Shown here: positions 1-13,480 of the stretch, piece by piece
How positions within the stretch are numbered: position 1 is the first letter of the stretch
Layout of the letters: each line of letters begins with the position of its first letter
Source of the DNA: Mobula birostris
Lineage: Eukaryota
NCBI RefSeq assembly: GCF_030028105.1
Contig: NC_092372.1
Coordinates: forward strand, 155,998,058 to 156,062,057
Direction: 5' to 3'
DNA length: 64,000 bases
Position numbers and translations under genes: made by a program
Notes under the pieces: model-generated
Seen by the model: only the letters and a program-made list of their open reading frames with translations
Database searches by the model: none
What the model was told of the DNA's origin: nothing

Positions 1-156
1 ACATAAGTTTCTTTATGGTGAGCAGCATATTTATCCCATACAATTATTTGTTGTGTCATGAATCCACTAAAATTGATGGCTTACTGTAACAGAATTCTTA
101 GATGGTTAAATAGGGTACTGCTGCATAGAAAGAAGTTATTCAGCCCTTTGATTATT

Positions 157-985
157 AATCAGAATCAGGTTTATTATCACCGGCATGTGTTGTGAAATTT
201 GTTAACAGCAGCAGCAGTTCAATGCAATACATAATATAGAAGAACAAAACAAAATAATAATAATAAATAAATTACAGTATATGTATATTGACTAGATTAA
301 AAATCATGCAAAAACAGAAATAATATATATTAAAAAAGTGAGGTAGTGTTCATGAGTTCAATGCCCATTTAGGAATTGGATGGCAGAGGGGAAGAAGCTG
401 TTCCTGAATCACTGGTGAGTGTGTGCCTTCAGGCTTCTGTAACTCCTGCCTGATGGTAACAGTGAGAAAAGAGCATGTCCTGGGTGCTGGAGGTCCTTAA
501 TAATGGACACTGCCTTTCTGAGACACCGCTCCTTGAAGATGTCCTGGGTACTTTGAGGCTAGTACCCAAGATGGAGCTGACTAGATTTACAACCTTCTGC
601 AGCTTCTTTCGGTCCTGTGCAGTAGCCTCTCCATACCAGACAGTGATGCAGTCTGTCAGAATGCTCTCCACGGTACATATATAGAAGTTTTTGAGTGTAT
701 ATGTTGACATACCAAATCTCTTCAAACTCCTAAAGGTATAGCCTCTGTCTTGCCTTCTTTATAACTGCATCGATATGTTGGGACCAGGTTAGATCCTCAG
801 AGATCTTGACACCCGGGAACTTGAAACTGCTCACTCTCTCCACTTCTGATTCCTCTGAGGATTGGTATGTGTTCCTTTGTCTTACCCTTCCTGAAGTCCA
901 CAATCAGCTCTTTCGTCTTAATGACATTGAGTGCCAGGATGTTGCTGTGACACCACTCCACTGGTTGGCATACCTTGCTCCTCTA
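157..985 (-). mobile_element. Rex1/Babar-clade LINE, 3' fragment
   Basis: Minus-strand ORF KRFGMSTYTLKNFYICTVESILTDCITVWYG...DRKKLQKVV (C-terminal Rex1-type region); CTGATT-type tandem tail at ~157. Confidence 0.8.
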
Positions 986-1056
986 ACTACATACAGTACA
1001 TTTAGCTTTGTTTTGTTTTACATTTGAGCAACTCATTGACCTTCATTTTGTCGCAG

Positions 1057-1193
1057 GTTATCGTTGGACTTGGAGGAAAGTAGTGGGTCCAGTCTGCTGT
1101 CAACAATAGAAGAACTTGGAAAGGAAGTCAATGCCACCATACAACAAGCATTCAGCTTACAGAGTAAAGTGAATGAATTGATTGAACAGTCAG
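1057..1193 (+). CDS. ABCA13: ABCA13-like exon 1 of 13 in window (approx. human exon 4)
   Basis: ttttgtcgcAG acceptor, G|GTAATA donor; 137 nt, phase 2->1; (R)LSLDLEESSGSSLLSTIEELGKEVNATIQQAFSLQSKVNELIEQS resembles human RLSRF...FLKEIQDLAEEIHGMMDKAKNL as I recall it. Confidence 0.8.
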
Positions 1194-2245
1194 GTAATAG
1201 CATGCAAACTGTTCTGAGAATATACTTACTTTAATGACTAAGCCAATGGACTATACAGACCCACATATCTGTTGAAGTGCCGTTCTGAGTAATATCAATT
1301 TCTATAGGAAAAAATGCTGATCGGGAGCGCACAACAGATGTTAGCTAGAGGTTTGATTTGGGGCCCTTATACTTCTTAGGAAATGATACAGTGGGATAAG
1401 GGGAAACTGGATTGCTTTGCTTTCGGGTGATATTTCACAGGTAAGAGCAGAATCATCCCGGACTCTGGTTATCCTAATGAAGGGAAGGTCAGACTGGGTC
1501 AGGAAGTGTCAATTGCTCATTGCATCACCACAAATAAAAGGAGTGAGCACTGAAAAGACGTAGTAGGTCAGTTATCTGCGGAGAAGTTAACCAACAATCT
1601 GCTGGTGGAACGTAGTGGGTTAAGTGGCATCTCTGAGGGGAAAAGAAGCTGTCAGTACTCCAGTTTAAATCTCTGCATCAGGGCTGAGGCCGAGACGGAT
1701 CCTTCTAGCATCTGCAGTCTCTTGTGTCTCTGGAGAGGATAACCAAGTGAACGCTTCAGGTCATTGACCCTCTTTCAGAACTGGAAAAGTGAAAAATTAA
1801 GTGAGTGTTAAGTTGCAGAGAGGAGGAGGGGTGAAAACAACAAAAGCAGTGCTGGTTTTTCAGGTAATGCAATGCTGTCAGTGTGATCTAGTTATGAGAT
1901 GAATGCGGGCAGCTAGAAAGCGAAACAAATCCTCAAATGAGCATGCTGGAAAGGTCAGATACAGAACATGGCTGTTGTTTGAAATTTGAATCATGAAAGA
2001 ATGCTAGAAATTCTCAGCAGATTAGTAAACAACTGAGAAAAGCTGGGTTAATGTTATTGGTGAATGACTGGTTTTGGCACATACAAGAAAGACATGGAAG
2101 GGCAGATATGGCTTGTAGCAGTTCAGCCACAATGGGATTGAGTGGCTTGAAGGACTAAATGGCCCTGTTTTCTTGTGTTCTTGTATTTTGTGATATGCTC
2201 CTCAGCTTGAAGCCAGCCTGATTGAGAGGCTCTAGAATAAAACCA

Positions 2246-2299
2246 TGCCCAGGAGGTGTTATGGCTTTGTCCAGGAGGTGTTATGGCTTTGCCCAGGAG
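2246..2299. repeat. 22-bp tandem repeat x2.5
   Basis: TG(C/T)CCAGGAGGTGTTATGGCTT repeated head-to-tail. Confidence 0.9.
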
Positions 2300-2732
2300 C
2301 CAATTGCAGGAGACCAAAGGTTGAGGGAAATTTGAGGATTGCAAAGGGCTGAATATTGTGGAGAGTAATAGGTCAGGTGATCAAGTATTATCGTGGTACA
2401 GGTGGGGAGATATGGGGGAATTGACAATTGATGAGGGGGATCTGGTAGAGATGGATCATGTGGCTAAATATTTTGGTCTAACTGAAATGCCTTCAAAATT
2501 CTCTTGAGATTTTAGATGTATTTTGATCCTTTAAAACTGTACAGTGTTTTACAAATACAGTATTTGTAATATAAATTAGCACAAAATCATTACATGGAGT
2601 TCCGTCCTTAAATTTGGTTATATTAAAATCCACGGAACCAGTCAAGTGTTCAGTCTGTGAAAAGTTGACTAAATCCTGTTTGAACTGATGCTGGTTACAA
2701 AACTGTGCTGAACACTTCATTTTCTTCCTCAG

Positions 2733-2755
2733 GTGCAGATGGACTCACTGCCATG
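2733..2755 (+). CDS. ABCA13: ABCA13-like 23-nt microexon
   Basis: ttttcttcctcAG acceptor, ATG|GTAAGT donor; phase 1->0, exactly what links the flanking exons; encodes (G)ADGLTAM. Confidence 0.75.
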
Positions 2756-2920
2756 GTAAGTGACTGAACTGGTGTGTCAAATTAAGAAGCACTTCAGGAG
2801 AAGGGCCATTCAATTAAGAACCACGCCAGATACTATTGCTTCTGAGTCTATTTGACGGTTGTTCAGCTTGTCCTTTTCTGGGTGGTTTCACTTTTCACAG
2901 CAGTGATGGAATAGTGACCC

Positions 2921-3445
2921 TAGAACACAGAACAGTACGGTGTAGCACAGCACAAGAACAAGAACTTCAGCTCACAATGTCTGTGCTGCCAATTTAACTG
3001 CAGATCTGCCTGCATGTGGTCTGTATCCTTTCGTTCCCTACCTGTTCACGTGCCTGTCTAAACACCTCTTAAATGTGGCAGTTGTATTTGCTTCTACTGG
3101 CTGAGTGTTCCAGCTACCTACCCTTCTCTGTGGAAAAGAAAAATTGCCCCATGAAACTCCTTTAAACTTTTCCTCCTCTCAATATAAATGTTTGCCCTCC
3201 AGTATTTGACGTTCCCAAAGACTGATTATCTACCCTATTAATGTCTCACAATTTCCTATACTTTGAACAGGTTGCCTCTCAGCCTCTGATGCTACAAGAG
3301 AAACTAATCTCAGTTTGTCCAACCTCTCCTTTTAGCTAACAATCTCTATCCTCTTCTGTATCTCCTACAAAGCCTCCACATTCTTCTTGCAATGCAGCAA
3401 CCAGAACTGCATACATTACTCCAAATGTGGCCTAAAGAGCTGCAG
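2921..3445 (-). mobile_element. CR1/HER1-type LINE 3' fragment, degraded
   Basis: Reverse complement of CR1 RT C-terminus (gcaaccagaactgcatac = YAVQFW region) and 3' UTR; more degraded CR1 sequence continues ~3958-4960. Confidence 0.7.
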
Positions 3446-3612
3446 TGTGATGTCCTGAAGGAAAACAGGTTTAGGGATCCTTGATTAGTGTCTCTTTTGA
3501 AGTCTATACAAGCATGAGTGCATGTGACAAATGGGTTCCCTTCATCTTTGGAATTAAGCTAAAATAAGAGATCAGCATTTCTGGCAGAGGTATAAAATAT
3601 TACATTTTAACA

Positions 3613-3955
3613 GCACAGTGGCACAGCTCATCGAGCCACTGGGTTGCCATGCCAACAATATGGGTTCAGTCCTCACTTCACATGCTGACTGTGTGAAATT
3701 TGCATTGTAAGGCTTTACTCCAGGTGCTCCAGTATATTCTTACATGTCAAAGATCTGTGGGTTGATAGGTTAATTGGCACATATAAATTACCACAGGTGT
3801 AATAGTGAGTGGTACAGTCTGAGAGAAATTGATGAAAAGTGGGGTGAATAAACTAACAAGTCAGATGTAGGATTAGTTTCAATGGGTGGTTGATGGCTGG
3901 CATGGAACTTGGTGGGCTGTAGAACGTGTTTCTGTCCTATATCTCTCTATGACTC
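3613..3955 (+). mobile_element. HE1/V-SINE-like tRNA-derived SINE
   Basis: tRNA-like head (cacagtggcacagc...gggttcagtcc), V-domain-like core (ggtgctccagt...caaagatctgtgggtt...aggttaattgg), CR1-like tail. Confidence 0.65.
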
Positions 3956-4967
3956 TTTGAAACAGGCCCTTTGGTTCACTACTTCCACGATCACCTTTCT
4001 TCATATCTATTCCACACCCTTCTTTGGCAGCTAGTTTCAAATATCATTCGTTCTGGTAAAAATAAAAAAAATCCTCATAACCTCTTTAAAACTCTTTGTT
4101 CTCATCTTAAATCTACATCCTCCTTGTTTTTGATACCCTTACCATGGGATAAAGATTTTGACCATCTGCCCTATCTCTGCCACTCATAGTCATACATACT
4201 TCTGTCAGGCAACCCCTTAGCTACCATTGCCCCAAGGGCACATCCTGGCGAATCCCCTCTCCACTCTCTCCACAGCCACCTACGTCCTTTCTATATAGTG
4301 TGTAGAATTCCATTTGTCATTCCTTGGTCTACTTTCCCAGTTGTTCCAGACCGGTTATAATCTTAAATGACCTTCTTTGCTGTCAACTATACCACTCATT
4401 TTGGTGTCATCCATGAACTTACTAACCATGACAACTGCATTCTCATCCAAATTGTTAATATAGATGATGAAAAATAGCTGAACCAGTACAGGCCTCTGGT
4501 CTGGAAAACTACCCTGCTTTATCACTTTCTGACCCTTGCCCCCAGGTTAGTTTTATATCAATTGGCTAGCTCACCATGAATTCCATGTGATTTAACCTTG
4601 TGGACTAGCCTACCATGTGGGACTTTGTCAAAGGCCTAGTTAAAGTCCACATAAAAAAATGTCTGCTGCCCTGTCCTTGTCAATCCTCTCACTCATTTTT
4701 CCAACAAATTTATCAAACACAATTTCCCATGTACAAACCTCGGGCTATTCATAATCAGTCCTGGTCTTTACAAATCCAGGTGGATCCTGCTCTTGATTTC
4801 CTTCCACTGATTAAGTGCACTGCCCTGTAGTTCCTGGCAGATCCTGCTTAAATAAAGCCATAGCTTTAGCCACCCTCCAGTCTTCTGGTGCCTCACTATG
4901 GTTCATAAAAATACAAACTCTGCCAGGCCCCAGCAGTTTCTTCCCTATCTTACATTTTATCAGGCCA

Positions 4968-5365
4968 GAATCAGAATGAGAATCAGGTTTATTATCACTG
5001 TCTTACATGGTGTGAAATCTGTTGTTTTTTAACAGAAATATTGTGCAAAAACATGAAATTAATAAATGATTTAAGAGAAGTAATAATGAGATAGTGTTCA
5101 TGGGTTCACAGAGCATTCAGAATCTGATGACAGAGGGGAAGAAGCTCTTCCTGAATCACTGAGTGTGGGATGTTAGCTTCTGTATCTCCTCTTTAATGGT
5201 AACAATGATAAGAGGGCATATCCTGGATGGTGAGGGTATTTAGTGATAGATGCCACCTTCCTGAGGCACTGCCACTTAACTTTCTAACTTGGGTAATTAG
5301 GGCTGGTATGAATTCTGACAAATTTCACGATGCATGCCAGTGATATTAAGCCTGATTCTGATTCT
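4968..5365. mobile_element. Rex1/Babar 3' ends in opposite orientation
   Basis: Minus fragment ~4968-5277 (same family as 157-985) plus short plus-strand tail ~5312-5365 ending cctgattctgattct. Confidence 0.65.
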
Positions 5366-5518
5366 CAAATGTTTCAATTTGAAACAGTCATTACAAATTT
5401 GCATGCACATTTATATCTACGCAGATTAAAATTTTATCTTTTCTTGCTTGTAGAAGTAAACCTTGAATCATAAAATACATTTTTGGTAAATGTAAGTTGC
5501 CTTCATTACATTTTTTAG

Positions 5519-5682
5519 AATGGAATGGACAACATAATCAACATAATAGAAATTATTCACAATGAAACCTATACCTGGGACGTTCTTTTTAGTCTTCCTA
5601 ACCTTGTACATGTACTGATGAATGAAGACTTTTTAAGCAGAGGGATTAGCACCATCACTGAAATGATGATGAATCTAAAAAG
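5519..5682 (+). CDS. ABCA13: ABCA13-like exon
   Basis: ttttttAG / AG|GTATGG; 164 nt, phase 0->2; NGMDNIINIIEIIHNETYTWDVLFSLPNLVHV... vs recalled human LESLHQQPHIWDFLLLLPRLH. Confidence 0.88.
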
Positions 5683-8600
5683 GTATGGATTTATCTTTAT
5701 TACAATGATTTTAATAATTAAAGTTAATGCTGAGAATAATTTATAGTTCATAAATTATTTATTGCAATGTCACTTCACCTTTGAGCAAAGAGAAGGAAAA
5801 ATTCGAATGTACACTTGCAGATCAAGCAGATGTGAACTCGTCTGGGTATCAAGGAAATACAATCTCAGGCTTATGGTGCAGAGTGACCTTAATCAAGTTT
5901 TTCCGGATTTCATTAAAAGCTTTATGCAGTGTTTATTTGCTCTCCTTCCAAGCCACTTTTTCGATGCCAGATCAAATAAACAGCTGACCCTAAACCAAAA
6001 AGATGGTAAATAGCAAGGAGAAGGTAAGAGACTTTGAGAGTTCGTGGATAACTGGCCAGAACGGGCAGGAAACTGTCAGATGAAATTTGGTAGAGGTATG
6101 TGAATTGATACAATTTGATGGAGAGTGCAAGAAAAGACAATATGTAGGATATCAAGTACTGCACATCAAAGCCATTAGCAAGTTTCTCGATACTGATGGA
6201 GCTGGACTTGTGTACTATGTCGTATGCTCCTGCCACCCATGGAGGAAGGTGTCAGAGGTCGTGCATGGTCCCACACTGGCGCAAGTGATTGTCTTGGATA
6301 TTTTTCTTGTAAACTCAAGACCTGTTGGACATTGATGATATGGAACAGTGCTGGTTTATAGATGAGACCAACGGAGGGTGCTGGGTAGCCTTGGTTATTA
6401 CATAGACTAGGCCTTCATGCCACAGGGTCGCCTGTTGCAGCCACTCAGAGGAGGAGACGCCGGAGGCGGTATGGCACAGCTGGGTTGGGGGCTACCCCTC
6501 GCATCGGTGCTGTCCTCCAGTGGAAGAATGTGTTTGTCAGCAGCTGCACTACCGCATGCTGCACGCATGCTCTTGCAGAAACGTAGCTCCAGGACATCAT
6601 CCCATGCGCTATCAAGGCTGTATGTGACTATGTTTTATTGCTATCGTAAAGATAGGTGCTAAATGCGCCTTGTGCTGTGTGTGACTGTTGGCATTGTGTT
6701 TTGCATCTTGGCCACAGAGAAACACTTTCGTTTGGCTGTATTCCATGTATATGACTGAATGACAATTAAACCTGAACTTGACTGAGTAGCATGATTCTAA
6801 AAGGGTTGAAAGATTTGAGGGATTTGGATAGATAGATACAGGGTTTTTGTAAGAATCTATAAATTTAAAGAGAACAACTAGTAAAACATAGGGTCCTAGT
6901 CAGGGGAAGCTGCAGATTTAATAAAGGTGTTCTGAATTGTGATATGTTTAGAAAAGATAAATAGATGAAGGTCATCCCCAATATTGCACAGTTTGAGGCC
7001 AAGAGCACAAACACTGATGAAGAGGAATGAGGAAAACCCTATTCTAGTCAGAGTTGTTAAGCTCTGGAACTCACTACTTCTCAATCAGATTCAGTTATCT
7101 ATTGCATACATATTGGAACATACAGTGAAATGTGTCTTTGCATTAATGACCAAAGAAAATTAAGGGTGCGCTGGATGCATCCTGCAGGTGTGGCCACATG
7201 TTCTGATGCCAACAGCGCATATCTACCCTGTTCACAGAATAGCACTAGCAGCAACAACAACAGGACACAGCAAAAAGGACATCAACTGGGAAAACAAGCC
7301 CATTCCTCCTTCCCAGCCATCCACTTATGCACACACATGGATAGTCTTCCAACCCTAAAAAAGGCTGTCTTTGGCCTCCAGACTCGCAGACATTGGGCCT
7401 TGAAATAGATGATAAATTCTGATGTTTTTTCAACAAATATAAAATGTTCAGCTAATTGATGAAATTGTCATTTAACAACAAGGCATGGAGAAAAAGATGC
7501 ACGATTAGACCTGGAAAAGCATAGGAATTATGGTTGGTTAAAAATTAAATTATATCTACAGCATCGGGATGGTTGTTGTCATCCGAAGAGAGTTAACCCC
7601 TGGTGGCTTCTCAGGCTTAAGGAGTCTAGGAGTGAGGGTGAGGGTGAAAGGATCCACTGGCTTGTGGAGTTTAGATGAAGTAACATTAAATTGGGAATTT
7701 TATCTGTGTAGAATTATAGTTGTCGTGGTTCTTCAGTATGTGGTATTATAATGAGGTAGAAGTTGGGACTGGGCCCAAATGGGAACAGCAGTTGAACGTT
7801 TAGGTTTTTAGAGAGATCAAAATGTCTCGTCTAGTTGTGTTAAATATCTTAGTGATGGAGCTGAGAAGATGGGATTGTATGTTTGTAGGAACCAGTAGCA
7901 GCTGCAGGCTCCCCAACAGCTACTGGATTTCATGTGAAGCTATTTTGCTTCTTTGCTATTTGTTATTAATTGGAAATACTGAAATAACTATTTAAATAGA
8001 GCAGGACATTTGTAATTTTACAAACACAAATGATGCCTGGGAACCATGGATGGTGCAACTAGTAGCTTTGAACTGAATCTGAACACAAAATATGATCTGC
8101 AACCCTTCAAACTCTTTTCCTCATCACAGTTTAACTATTGAACTCTCCTTCCTTAAATATAAGAAGAGAAAGATGGCTCTGTCTATCAAAAGAGTGAACC
8201 AAAGATGACTTGATAAAGGTGTACAAGATAATAAGAGACTTAGATAGAGTGGATCTTCAGAGATTTTTCCCCAAGGCAAAAATGGGAAATACCAGGAGGG
8301 AAAATTTTAAGGTGATTGGGGGAAAGTTAGGGGGGGGAATGTCAAAAGTAAGTTTTTGCATAGAAAGATGTGGATGCATGAATTATCCTGTTAGGGGCAG
8401 TGGTGGAGGCGCATGACAGAAAAATGGAAGGCTATGTAGGAAGGAAGGGTTAGCTTGATCTTCAAGTAGGTTATAAGGTCAGTACAACTTTATGCATCAA
8501 AGGGCTTATAATATGTAGTGATGTTAAGTAAGAAAAAAGAAAGATGGAAAAATTGAGAAGAAACAGGGAGACAGACAGAAGCCCACTGGTGCAATTGTTA

Positions 8601-9210
8601 GTCTGCTACATTGCTTATCTCCAAGTAGAATCCATTAATGAAGCCTGGACATTCTGGGGAACATGCACTTCCAGTTCCAACAACACTACAATGGTCAGTT
8701 CAAATCTCCATTCATTTCCATGAACATTTTTTATCTGATGATTAAGAGGAAATAATAATTTGATTATTTATTTTCGTTCATTTTAATGATTTAATTATTT
8801 CTTAGACTTCGAATGTCTTTCACTATTATTTTGGAAAACACAGTCTTTAAAGTTAAGCAATTTCAATAGTTTGCTTTAGTTGAATTTGGATATTGGAGAA
8901 CGGTAAACTGAAAGTGAGGGATAAACTTGGTTAAAAGAGGCTGAGTTTTGAATGACCTCATGCTCATGGAAAATAAAACAAGGGAGGCGGGGGGGGGGGA
9001 GGAGGCAGCCACAGTAACTTGGAATAGGAAGTCTGAAGGCAAAGGTATGGATTGTGGAACAGAAGGGCTGAGATAGTGCTGGAGTCAGGCAATAACATGA
9101 AGGCAGTCTTACAGAAAGGCTCGAAGTTCAACAAGGCTATAATGTGATACTAAGGTTACAAACAAAATAGTTCACTTTCAAGGGGTAGGATGTTGATGGC
9201 TAGGGAACTA

Positions 9211-9734
9211 CACTCTGTGACTGCTTTACTAGGTACAGCTGTATACCTGCTCGTTAATGCAAATATCTAATCAGCCAATCATGTGGCACAAACTCAGTGC
9301 AGAAAAGCATGCAGACATGGTCAAGAAGTTCAGTTGTTGTTCAGACCAAACATCAAAATGGGGAAGAAATATGATCTAAGTGATTTTGATGGTGGAATGA
9401 TTGTTGGTGCCAGATAGAGTGGTTTCAGTATCTCAGAAACTGCTGATCTCCTGGGATTTTGATGCACAAAGGTTTCTAGGGCTTACAGAGAATGGCGCGA
9501 GAAATAAAAACCATACAGTGAGCTGCAGGTCTGTGGATGAAAATGGGCTTATTAGTAAAAGAGGTCAGAAGAAAATAGCCAGACTGGTTCAAGCTGAGAG
9601 GAAGATGACAGTCACTCAGGCAATGATGTGTTCCAACAGTGGTGTGCAGAAGAGCTTCCCTGAATGCACCATGCGTAGAACCTTGAAGTGGATGGGCCAC
9701 AGCAGCAGAAGACCATGCCAGGTTCCACTGAGCA
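9211..9734 (+). mobile_element. Non-autonomous Tc1/mariner derivative
   Basis: TA|CACTCTGTG... left end, ...CCACTGAGCA|TA right end; Tc1-like HTH relic (MGKKYDLSDFDGGMIVGAR; RRTLKWMGHSSRRP) truncated before the DDE domain. Confidence 0.8.
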
Positions 9735-10364
9735 TATATTGTGGCAGGAACTGAACATGATCAGTCAAGCTTGGATACTGGATGACTATTTGGATCCAGA
9801 GCTAGGGAAGTGGTAGCTCGGAAAATCTGGCATGCATTTAACAACTGATTCTGTGGTATATTATGTTTAATTAAAGAGTAATTTGCAGATAAGCCTGCAA
9901 ATTACAGGCCAATTTCTTTAATGCTATTAGTGCGGAAGTTATTAGAAACAATAATTCAGGAACAGATAAACATTTAGAGAAGCATGGAATAAAAGGAGAG
10001 CCAGCATTCATTTGAAGATTTGATTGACTTTATGGATAACTGGATGAAAAGGGCAGTGCAGTTATCTTTATATGTATTTATAAAGATATTGATGTAAATA
10101 CACATTTTAAGCTGAATAAAAGGGAGTATAAGATTGATTCCAGGAGAAGAATCTAAGCTACAGAGAAAAGTACATAGTGGATTCCCCTTGCTTTTAAAGT
10201 AAGCACCTCTGTTGTCTCTGTTACTTTAATGACTTAAATTTGCAGATGATCTCAATCTTGGCAACTTCTGCAATATATAGTGAGGAAAATGGTAACAGGT
10301 TTCAAATGGCCATTGACCAGGGTGGCTACCAATCCCTATTGGGTCAAACATTCTCAGCTGAGGG

Positions 10365-10695
10365 GTGTAGTTAGGGTCAGTGCACGCAGACTTTTTCTAC
10401 TGAAGTTGGATAAAACTGGAACTAGAGATCATAGGTTGAGGGTGAAAGGTGAAATGTTTAATGGGAACCTGAGGGAGGGCTTCTTCACTCAGAGGGTGGT
10501 GCATGTGGAATGAGCTGCCAGCGGAAGTGGTGGGTGCGGATTCAATTGCAACATTTAAGAGAAGTTTGGATAAATTCATGGATAAGAGGAGTATGAAGGG
10601 CTATGGTACAGGTGTGGTGTTGATGGGACAAGGCAAAATAACAATTTGGCATGGAGGAGATGGGCTGAAGCCTCTGGTTCTGTGCTGTAGTGTTC
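10365..10695 (+). mobile_element. CR1-type LINE 3' end
   Basis: TRDHRLRVKGEMFNGNLREGFFTQRVV..WNELPAEVV..SIATFKRSLDKFM; a similar fragment lies at ~8205-8520. Confidence 0.8.
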
Positions 10696-11599
10696 TTTTC
10701 AAGGCTGAAGAAATAGATTTAATTTAACTTTGGTAAAAGAGCTAGTGATGATCCCTGGAAAACATTTTGATGCCAAATTCTATATTCATCAGCTTGAAAA
10801 GAAATATATTGCTTGTTAAGCTGATGGAAATGGCTTCAATATACATCTTTCAAAGGGGAATGCAATGAGTGTTCGAAGGAGAAAAATGCTACGGGAATAT
10901 GGTGAATGATTGGGAAAGTAGGATTCTACTGAAAGAGCTTACAATGGGTGAAATAACCTCCTACTGAACTGCATTATAATCTACGTAGGTGAAGTTTGGA
11001 AAGAATGAGAGCCACAGGATTATCTATCAATTCAAATGTGTTCTTTTGCAGGGTTAAGGGGGTGAATGGTATAGGCAATTGTATTGTTAGAGGCAAGGTT
11101 TCAATACCAAGACAAGTGGTAGTCAAGGCTAAGATGGTAACACACCCATACACAGATATTGATCACTTATTTCATCAGAAGGAGGAAAACTTGTTTTTGT
11201 TGCGTGCCATATACCACTCCCTTTTATTGAATGGGTTCAGAGTGAGTTTCATCAAGTTTTTTTCTTTCTTGCACTGGAATACCACTCTACAAAAGAGCGG
11301 AAACATGTGATCATCATTCCTGCGCAGTGTTATTATGCACTTAATTCTCATGTCTAAGGGGACAATTGCTTTGTGCTGATTCATCGCTTTCCCGAGCTTC
11401 ACTTGGAAAACAAAACTGTACAATTCTACTTACTTTCAAACTGTTCTCTTAGTCCTTTTGATTCGTTGTAAGCTGATCTTCTTATTTAAAGCCTGATACT
11501 TTCTGTGATAATTGAACACAATGTCATTTTTAGGCAAGAAGATTCAGAGGCAAATCTCTTCTTCCTTAAGCTTTTATAGTAGAAAGGGCACTATTTATA

Positions 11600-12862
11600 A
11601 TCATAGAGTTATAGTATCATACAGCATTACAGCACAGAGACAGGCCCTTTGGCCCATCTAATCCATGCCAAATTATTATTCTGTCTAGTTCCATCGACCT
11701 ACACCTGGACCATTCCCCTCAGTACCCCTCCCATCTATGCACTTATCCAAACTTCTTCTAAATGTTGGAATTGAGCCCGCACCCATCACTTCCACTGGCA
11801 GCTCGATCCACACTCTCTCTACACTCTTGATTGAAGACAATCCCCCTCATATTCCCCTTATGCATTTCACCTTTCACCCTCTAATTCTAGTCTCACCCAG
11901 CCTCAGTATAAAAAGCCTACTTGCATTTACCTTATCTGTATCCCTCATAATTTTGTATACCTCTATCAAATTACCCCTCATTCCCCTAGTGTTTGGATTG
12001 TTGATACAGTGGACAAGCAACAGATCTAGCACCAATCGTTGTGGCACATTGCTAGTGACCGGCCTCCAGTCAGAGAGGCAACCATCTACTATCACTCTCT
12101 GGCTTCTCCTGTGAAGCCAATGTCAAAACTAACTTACTGCCTTATCCTGAATTCCAAGTGACTGAACCTTCTTGACCAACCTCCCATGTGAGATCTCATC
12201 AAAGGCCTTGCTAAAGTCCATGCAAACAACATCCGCTACCTTTCCTTCATCAAGCTTTCTGATAACTTCCTCAAAAACTCTATAAAATTGGTTAGACATG
12301 ACATACCATGTTGACTATCCCTTTTCAGTCCCTGTCTACCTCAGTGCTCACATTTCCAGTGCTTTAGATAAATCCAGTAACCTACCCACTACTGATGTCA
12401 TGTTCACCTACCTATAATTTCCCGGCTTATTCTTGGTGTCCTTTCTAAACCACGGAGCAGTATTAGCTATTAGCCAATCCTCGGGCACCTCACTTGTGGC
12501 TAAGGACATTATAAATACTTATGCTAAGGCCCCTGCAATTTTTTTTGCTAGCCTGCTGCAAGATCCGAAGGAACACCTTGTCAGGCTTGGGGATTTATGC
12601 ACCCCATTTTGTCTCAACAAAGCAAGCACCTCCTCCTCTGTAATCCATATACTCTGAAGTCCATGATTTCACTACTGTTATGCCTCACTTCTATAGACTC
12701 TGTGTCCGTTTCCTGAGTAAATACTGATGCAAAAGATCCTTTGAAGATCTTCCCCATCCCTTTTGGCTGCATGCATAGATTATTGCTGATCTTCAAGAGG
12801 TCCAATTTTGTCACTTGCTCTTAATATAGCTGTAGAAGTCCTTGGGTTTCTCCTTCACCTTT
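11600..12862 (-). mobile_element. CR1-type LINE, internally deleted
   Basis: Minus-strand RT pieces (VDGCLSDWRPVTSNVPQ; MRGNLIEVYKIMR; FASVFTQE) and 3' UTR. Confidence 0.8.
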
Positions 12863-13144
12863 CCATGCTGTTCCTTTGACATGGAAATGTTTAGTGAGTT
12901 CCACTAAAATTAGCACCCTTTGCAAACTAACATTATTTTAGCAGATCGGGAAATTTAATACCTATGGTGATAAATAAGTATGGTATTTAATACCCATGAT
13001 GATCCACTCATCTTTATCCCGAGTCAGGGTATATTAACTTACAGGTCTCAGCTATTTCATGGTTGGCAGGAGACAGCAGTTGGTCAGCAGGATGGAGAGA
13101 GCGTGGAAGCAGCCTGAGCTAATTGATTCCTTCTTTTCACTCAG

Positions 13145-13480
13145 TCTTTCAGGATCGAGGATGATTTGGTCCCACTCCATTTCAGTTGAGGTAAATGTGG
13201 GACTAGTAGACTCTGCCACAGGTAGGGCAGTACATGCTTGAATATGGTAGATAGTGGATATGGTGCAATGCTTCCATTACCCTTATGCTGGGCTTCTACG
13301 TACATCTAATGAAATGGCGTGAGGTACTTAATGCCATGCTGAATGCTTGTTCTCCACTCTAAGTTATAATGGGTCAACTAAATTGTTACACATAATTGAA
13401 GAAGGCTTTGAGATCATTCTTCAGTCTTTCCCTGACCACCTTCCTTGCAATACAAGGGACTCCCAAGAAGAAAGAGGACA
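13145..13480 (-). mobile_element. Possible old RTE-clade LINE 3' fragment
   Basis: Degenerate reverse-strand pattern resembling the RTE ORF end (G.R..GG..K..K..LK to terminal zinc-finger region); heavily decayed. Confidence 0.4.

Noticed and set aside
2246-2299. CRISPR-like array
   Set aside because: Simple tandem duplication with no spacers, in a vertebrate intron.
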